From positions 1,010,034 through 1,074,033 of the forward strand of contig CAVZWW010000003.1 of NCBI GenBank assembly GCA_963779225.1: 64,000 nt of DNA, read 5' to 3'. Position 1 is the first letter of the stretch. The number at the start of each line of letters is the position of its first letter. Under the pieces are notes generated by a model. That model searched no databases. It had not been told where the DNA came from and was given only the letters and a program-made list of their open reading frames with translations. A program made the translations under genes and the position numbers. Positions 58,860-64,000 of this stretch are shown one piece after another. The stretch comes from an uncultured Bacteroidota bacterium. Lineage in GTDB: Bacteria > Bacteroidota > Ignavibacteria > UBA10030 > UBA6906.

Positions 58860-59456
58860 ATGAGGACATGGACCGAGGTAATAAGGCGCGCAGAGGAGTA
58901 TGTTACTGCGCTGTTCGATGCGCGATTGCCTGCATGGGCCGCATATCACGACCTCACGCACACCCTTGAGGTGGTGGAAGCGGTTGGAGAGGTTGGAACC
59001 GGATGCGGCCTTGATGCCGGACCGATGGGGGTCGTGACCCTGGCTGCCTGGTTTCACGATACCGGGTATATGGAAGGGGCGGAAGACCATGAAGAGCGAA
59101 GTGCGATTCTTGCTGAAGAGTTTCTCCGGGTACATGGGTACCCGGAAGACCGGATATCGGAAGTCATCGGCTGTATCAGGGCTACAAGAGTCCCACAGAA
59201 GCCCGTGACACTTCTTCAGCAGGTTGTGTGCGACAGCGATATCCTGCATATCGGTCAGGAGGATGCGCTGTTGAAGAGCGCACTGTTACGTCAGGAGATG
59301 GAGGCGCGGACGGGGGAGAAGTTCACGGATGAAGCCTGGCTGAAAAAGAACATCGATTTCATGGCGTGCTGTACATTTCACACCCCCTACGCCCAGCAGA
59401 AGTATGGCGCGCGGCGTGTGCAGAATGTCGAAGTGTTGAAGTCCCGCCTGCCGTAG
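58860..59456 (+). CDS. HD-domain phosphohydrolase
   Basis: YHDLTHT, AAWFHDTG, HEERSA and VCDSD; GGGAGG SD. Confidence 0.8.
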   Translation: MRTWTEVIRRAEEYVTALFDARLPAWAAYHDLTHTLEVVEAVGEVGTGCGLDAGPMGVVTLAAWFHDTGYMEGAEDHEERSAILAEEFLRVHGYPEDRISEVIGCIRATRVPQKPVTLLQQVVCDSDILHIGQEDALLKSALLRQEMEARTGEKFTDEAWLKKNIDFMACCTFHTPYAQQKYGARRVQNVEVLKSRLP

Positions 59457-59648
59457 AGTTCGCCGTCTTCATCCTGCACCGCGCTTGGTCCACTTGCGCT
59501 CGTGCGCTGACGGGTGGAGCGTTCTTGATTATCTGGCTCCGCCGAAGTATCTCGCTAATTAGCGTACCAGGATCATCACCTACCCACACCCATTGGCGTT
59601 TCCGCCTCCTGGTAAGGACGGTGCCCGGACATTTGTTGCAGTCTCACC

Positions 59649-61589
59649 TCATTCCCGTGCCGGCCGGATCTCCATAGCCATTCCCCCCGAGGGCTTCAAC
59701 TCGGCTTTGATGACGGAGGTCGCTCGTACAGGGCGCCGTTCAATTCTGACATGTGTCCGGGTAGGTACGGATTCACCCCCATCCGTATACAACGAGGCAA
59801 TATAGTTCTTCTTCCTGTCGAGAAAGTCCAACGGGATATCCAGTGTCCTGCCATCGTTGTTGGTGATGCATCCCAGAAACCACCGGTCATCCTTCTTCCT
59901 TGCAATTGCAGCAAATCTACCGATGTCGGCAAGGATCACCTTTGTCGTATCCCATACCGTGGGCAGGCTTTCGAAGAACTCCATCTCCGGTTCTCCCTGG
60001 AAATCGGAGGGTTTGTCGTACCAGAAGACGAACTGTAACGGACTATAATACAGGACGGACAGTGCCATCTGATGCGCCGAAGTGGTTTTGATCCCTTTTA
60101 TGTTTTCCTTAAGACCCGCCTGGTGATAGTAGCAGATCGTATAATCCGCGGCGCCGGCGAGGAAACGCGTGAACGGGAGAATGGTATTGTGGTTGGCATC
60201 CGGCATGCATTCATTCCCATGAATACCTTCCTGAGTCAGCAGATTGGGGTATGTTCTGCTGAATCCGGTCGGGCGATATTCATCATGAATATCCACCATC
60301 AGGTTGTATTCGGCCGCCTTCCTGACCGCTTCGTGGACCCATGATGTCCACTTATCGGATCCGACATGCACAAAACCGAACTTCAGACCGGCAACACCCC
60401 ATTTCTGGTAGATGGGCAGAATATCGTCAATCTGCTTCTCGAGGGCTCTGTGGTTCACATACAGGAAAACACCGACGTTGTTCTTCCGGGCATACTCCAG
60501 GACGTTTTGCAGATCCAGATCCTTATTCGGGTTCCTCCGCGGATCCACATCGACCCGGGATGCATCGGACGCCTTTGAGTATTCGTACCCGTACCAGCCT
60601 GCATCAAATTCAATATACTGGATATTGTGCCTGGCGCAGAAATCTATGCACTCTCTGGCACCCGCCGTGGAGAGTGTGACCTCCCGCATCACTTTCCCCG
60701 GCTTGATCCATCCGGTATTCCCGATCGCACACGGGGGATTGAGATTCAGGAAGATGTCATTGTGTTCAAGCAGTTCTCCTGGTTTCTCTGCGACCATGAT
60801 CACTCTCCAGGGGGTTTCAAAGGGAGACGATTCGGTCACCGGGCCGAAGAGTTTTGCTGCAACAGTATTCTTCTTTTCTTTTGAGAGGACGAACTTCATT
60901 CTCGCATAATCCACCAGCCGGGCTTCGCCGATGGAGACATAAAGGCCGTTGGGGAGGAATAGCGTGAGGGGACGTTCGGATTCATATTCCGGGGTGCGGG
61001 CGGCATAGAGGGGAACGGGGAGGGTGGTGCCGTATGACCAGTCGTGCAGTGGATGTGCATGGTACAATTCCTGGGCGAACGGGGTAACATACGCGATGGC
61101 CCCTTCGTCAAAGACGAATTCCGTCTTTTCGTCCTGTATGTGTATCACGGAAGTTGAGAGGTTTTCGGGAAACCTGTAGCAGAACGCCGCCCCTTCGTTG
61201 TAGAGCCTGACGATCAGCTGCAATGTGGGATTCTTGTCGTTGTTTTTCTGCAGATCGATGGTACATTCGTTGTACCGGTTCCTTACCGTGCTTCGTTCGC
61301 CGTACACCGGGGTCCAGGTCTCATCGATTGACCGGCGTGTATGTCCGGTCACCGTAAACCCGTTGATCCATTGGGGAAGATCGACCGTGTTCAGGCCGAG
61401 TCTCGACTTGCGCACGACGGTCCTGTTCTTGTGCGAGAGTGCATAGAAGAGGCAGCCCGGTTCCCCGGCTGTGCTGTCCACGGAAAATGTCAGTTGCAGG
61501 GTTGAGTCGGGTGATGTCACAGAAATGGTCTGGCTGTAGATGCTGGTTGACCCGATGCACCACAAAAATGCTGCAAAGATTTGTCTCAT
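59649..61589 (-). CDS. Glycoside hydrolase family 97 (alpha-glucosidase/alpha-galactosidase), exported
   Basis: SPD.., WTPVYGE, RLYNEGAAF, TPWRVI, WIKPGK, EFDAGWY, RTYPN..TQEGIHGNE, PFTRFLAGAADYT and PTVWD. Confidence 0.9.
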   Translation of the reverse strand: MRQIFAAFLWCIGSTSIYSQTISVTSPDSTLQLTFSVDSTAGEPGCLFYALSHKNRTVVRKSRLGLNTVDLPQWINGFTVTGHTRRSIDETWTPVYGERSTVRNRYNECTIDLQKNNDKNPTLQLIVRLYNEGAAFCYRFPENLSTSVIHIQDEKTEFVFDEGAIAYVTPFAQELYHAHPLHDWSYGTTLPVPLYAARTPEYESERPLTLFLPNGLYVSIGEARLVDYARMKFVLSKEKKNTVAAKLFGPVTESSPFETPWRVIMVAEKPGELLEHNDIFLNLNPPCAIGNTGWIKPGKVMREVTLSTAGARECIDFCARHNIQYIEFDAGWYGYEYSKASDASRVDVDPRRNPNKDLDLQNVLEYARKNNVGVFLYVNHRALEKQIDDILPIYQKWGVAGLKFGFVHVGSDKWTSWVHEAVRKAAEYNLMVDIHDEYRPTGFSRTYPNLLTQEGIHGNECMPDANHNTILPFTRFLAGAADYTICYYHQAGLKENIKGIKTTSAHQMALSVLYYSPLQFVFWYDKPSDFQGEPEMEFFESLPTVWDTTKVILADIGRFAAIARKKDDRWFLGCITNNDGRTLDIPLDFLDRKKNYIASLYTDGGESVPTRTHVRIERRPVRATSVIKAELKPSGGMAMEIRPARE

Positions 61590-61742
61590 GGGGAGATCCG
61601 TGGCAATGATGTCTGCGATTGGAGGATAACGCTGACACAATATACAAATTGCACCGGACTAAGGCAGGGCCTGGATTGGGCCTTTCCCTCTTTGCAATGT
61701 CGGCAATGGTCCATCAGAATGTCCTTCTCATCTGCGCCCATA

Positions 61743-61771
61743 TTGTTTTTTTCCGGAGGATTGGGTATATT
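61743..61771 (+). promoter_or_regulatory. Candidate promoter for tRNA-Phe (TTGTTT-N17-TATATT)
   Basis: TTGTTT at 61743-61748 and TATATT at 61766-61771, 40 nt upstream of the tRNA. Confidence 0.5.
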
Positions 61772-61811
61772 TAGAAATTGAATTGGTAGCGATCCCGTCT
61801 CAAGAAGTACC

Positions 61812-61884
61812 GGACAGGTAGCTCAGTTGGTAGAGCAAAGGACTGAAAATCCTTGTGTCGGGGGTTCGATTCCCTCCCTGTCCA
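61812..61884 (+). tRNA. tRNA-Phe (GAA), CCA not encoded
   Basis: Acceptor stem GGACAGG/CCTGTCC; D-arm GCTC AGTTGGTA GAGC; anticodon arm AAGGA CT GAA AA TCCTT; T-arm GGTTCGATTCC; 73 nt. Confidence 0.97.
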
Positions 61885-61910
61885 CGAAATTCGCCACTTT
61901 TCGCCTCGAG

Positions 61911-61946
61911 TGTTGACGGCTGTTAACAGCTGTCAACATTTTTTTT
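61911..61946 (+). terminator. Intrinsic terminator after tRNA-Phe
   Basis: Stem TGTTGACGGCTG / CAGCTGTCAACA (one G-U pair) followed by a run of eight T. Confidence 0.8.
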
Positions 61947-62252
61947 GAGGTGAACTATGGCTGATCACGTTCGCAGATCCAATGGCATCTCCTCCTTCGG
62001 CTTCTGTGTTCACAGCAAACCCATCTGATAACCCACCCACACCACACAAGACGACAGAGCGGAATCAGTCCTCCCCGAATTTCACCCTCTCCCCATTCAA
62101 AGAGCAATTGTTTCACTATGGGATTAGCTACTTTTCCGTCCCTTGGGCTGATGTGGTTTGCCGTCAATGTTGGGTATCCTGATAGTGGCACTGAAACGGG
62201 ACTGTCCCCCCGGTTGAGGGATGAAGCTATTAACTCGCTCAAGGAGGTCAAC

Positions 62253-63416
62253 GTGTCCAGGCACAAAAAATCACAAGCCCGCACGATAGCATTGAACATC
62301 CCAACCGCTTCCCCGGACGAGATCCAGGCGCACGCAATTCTCGGTCAGGATGCTGTATTCCTTGGCTGGCAGGAAACAAACGTGGGGGATATTTTCCCCC
62401 TATACAATATCCAGAAATCCTCCCATCCGTCACATCAATCGACTGTCACGGAAGAGACCCTGCAGACGATGCATTTGCGAACTCCACGGACCCCGTCTCC
62501 ATTTTTCGGCGTGGGACCAGCTCCTTGGTGCACACTGGGCATTGAATTGGCCAATTTGAAAACAGCACGAGAAGCAATCGAAGCTGCAGGATTGAATTAC
62601 ACCGTCGTCAAGAAGCCCTTGAAGGAAGTTGTGGAGCTGTACCATCCCCCCGACGTTTCACGTCGTTGGGCAACGGTGCGAACGGATACAGGCGAGATGC
62701 TGGGTATTGTGGGGGACAGCTACGAACCCATTCAGAATGCGGATGCATTCGCATTCTTCGACAACCTGGTCGGTGCCGACGAGGCGATCTACGATACGGC
62801 GGGTGCACTCGGTCATGGTGAACATATCTGGATCCTCGCGAAACTTCCCGGGTTCATCACCGTTCGGGGCAAAGACATTGTAAACAAATACCTGTTGCTC
62901 TCCAACAGTCACGACGGCAGCTCTCCTGTTCGCGTGAAGCTCACGCCCGTCCGTGTGGTATGCAACAACACACTCAGCGCAGCATTGCAGGGAGCGGGGG
63001 AAGTCCGTATACCCCATACCTCAAATGCACCGAAGGACCTGGAGCAAGCCCGTTCATTGCTCGGCTTGTCAAATGTCCTGTACGGGCAACTCGAGGCCAT
63101 ATTCAACCGCATGGCGCTCAAGAAGATCACGGACAAAGAGCTGGTGGAGTATGTGAGGGCGCTTGTCCCGGATAACGAAGAGGGCGCTGGCCGAGCGAAG
63201 GCCAAGGAAATCCAGAAAGCATGTCTTGACTTGTATGAATCCGGGCAGGGTGCCGAGCTCTCCCGCGGAACACTGTGGGGTGCATTCAATTGCGTCACCG
63301 AGTATACAGACCACAGGATGGAGGAGAATCCTCGTACCCGGTTGGCATCAATCTGGTTCGGTCGGGGAGCGCGATTGAAGCTCAAGGCGTTTCAACTCGC
63401 CGAACGCATGATGTGA
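62253..63416 (+). CDS. DUF932 family phage/plasmid-associated protein with an N-terminal extension
   Basis: AAGGAGG SD before GTG 62253; VRTDT..LGIVG..YEPIQN..AF.FFD, YLLLSNSHDGS, RVVCNNTL and RGTLWGAFN.VTEY.DH. Confidence 0.82.
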   Translation: MSRHKKSQARTIALNIPTASPDEIQAHAILGQDAVFLGWQETNVGDIFPLYNIQKSSHPSHQSTVTEETLQTMHLRTPRTPSPFFGVGPAPWCTLGIELANLKTAREAIEAAGLNYTVVKKPLKEVVELYHPPDVSRRWATVRTDTGEMLGIVGDSYEPIQNADAFAFFDNLVGADEAIYDTAGALGHGEHIWILAKLPGFITVRGKDIVNKYLLLSNSHDGSSPVRVKLTPVRVVCNNTLSAALQGAGEVRIPHTSNAPKDLEQARSLLGLSNVLYGQLEAIFNRMALKKITDKELVEYVRALVPDNEEGAGRAKAKEIQKACLDLYESGQGAELSRGTLWGAFNCVTEYTDHRMEENPRTRLASIWFGRGARLKLKAFQLAERMM

Positions 63417-63466
63417 TTGACGGCCACGAATCGTCCATCGGTCTGCGAAGCCGGTGTGCGCAATAG

Positions 63467-63904
63467 ATGCCAGCTTCAGTACTTGCACGAGGTGAAACGA
63501 TTCATAACATACTGGTGATAGCGGAAGAGGAGAGTGTCGGAGCCTGTCTTGAGGCAGTGCTTAGGGAACACGGCTACCACGTTAGACTCGCGGAGTCCTA
63601 TAACACCGTACCCGATGTCTTCCTTGCTACGGCTCGCTCAACGTGTGACCTGGTGATTGTGACAAATACCAGTCTTCCGCCTGCCCGGATCCGCGCGATC
63701 GTTCCTTCCATCAAGGCACGGAATCCACGGGTCCGCATCGTCGTCCTTTCCGGATACTATCCCGATGACTTTGTGACGGAACTCAAACAGAAAGGGATAG
63801 ATGGATTCCTTACGCTCCCGTTCAAGAAGGATGTGCTGCTAACGGAAGTAGCACGGCAAATGTCGGGGCTACCACCCTTAGTAGAGGGGTTTTCCCTCTC
63901 ATAA
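63467..63904 (+). CDS. Stand-alone receiver (REC) domain protein with degenerate phosphorylation site
   Basis: REC topology ILVIAEEE..GYHV..DLVIVT..IVVLSGY..GIDGFLTLPF; Asp-acceptor position is Thr and KP is LP. Confidence 0.7.
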   Translation: MPASVLARGETIHNILVIAEEESVGACLEAVLREHGYHVRLAESYNTVPDVFLATARSTCDLVIVTNTSLPPARIRAIVPSIKARNPRVRIVVLSGYYPDDFVTELKQKGIDGFLTLPFKKDVLLTEVARQMSGLPPLVEGFSLS

Positions 63905-63914
63905 AGTGGCAGAT

Positions 63915-63958
63915 ACGAGTGTGAGAAACTTCTCACGGTCTTCTCGCACTCGTGTTTT
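63915..63958 (+). terminator. Terminator-like hairpin after the receiver gene
   Basis: ACGAGTGTGAGAA pairs with TTCTCGCACTCGT (one G-U pair), followed by GTTTT. Confidence 0.5.
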
Positions 63959-64000
63959 CTTCCGCTGCAGGAACTATGGGCCCTTTTTTTCATCCCTGGC

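Noticed and set aside
58860-59456. HD protein as part of an anti-phage (Pycsar/CBASS-like) system
   Set aside because: No transmembrane effector domain, and no cyclase or nucleotidyltransferase neighbour
61885-64000. Intact prophage or ICE at tRNA-Phe
   Set aside because: No integrase, att repeat, structural or conjugation genes within the window; kept only as a low-confidence finding

Overview
GC-rich FCB-group chromosome segment, inferred to be Ignavibacteria/Chlorobi-like rather than Bacteroidia because it has T9SS 'QNYPNPFNP' C-terminal domains together with GGAGG Shine-Dalgarno sites and TTGACA/TATATT-type promoters. About 59 kb (1-58.8 kb) reads as one peptidoglycan (PG) foraging locus. 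It has three copies of a SusD-free uptake module, each made of a TonB-dependent receptor, a large surface protein with a variant 'xVPNPY' T9SS C-terminal domain, and a PorV/UPF0164-family barrel. Seven type-A T9SS cargo proteins are interleaved, including an M23 peptidase, a DigH-like glycoside hydrolase, an amidase and several beta-propellers. A near-complete PG disassembly and recycling enzyme set is also present: VanX-type dipeptidase, NlpC/P60, Ala-Glu epimerase, NagX, serine hydrolases, NagB-PIG-L fusion, second amidase, GNAT, AmpG, GT2, DUF4922, NamZ, MurK-like kinase and NagZ-AmiE-like fusion. The window ends with an HD protein, a GH97, tRNA-Phe(GAA), a DUF932 gene and a degenerate receiver domain. 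Two genes are broken by four single-base insertions that look like sequencing errors. All family calls come from motif recognition by eye; no database searches were run.
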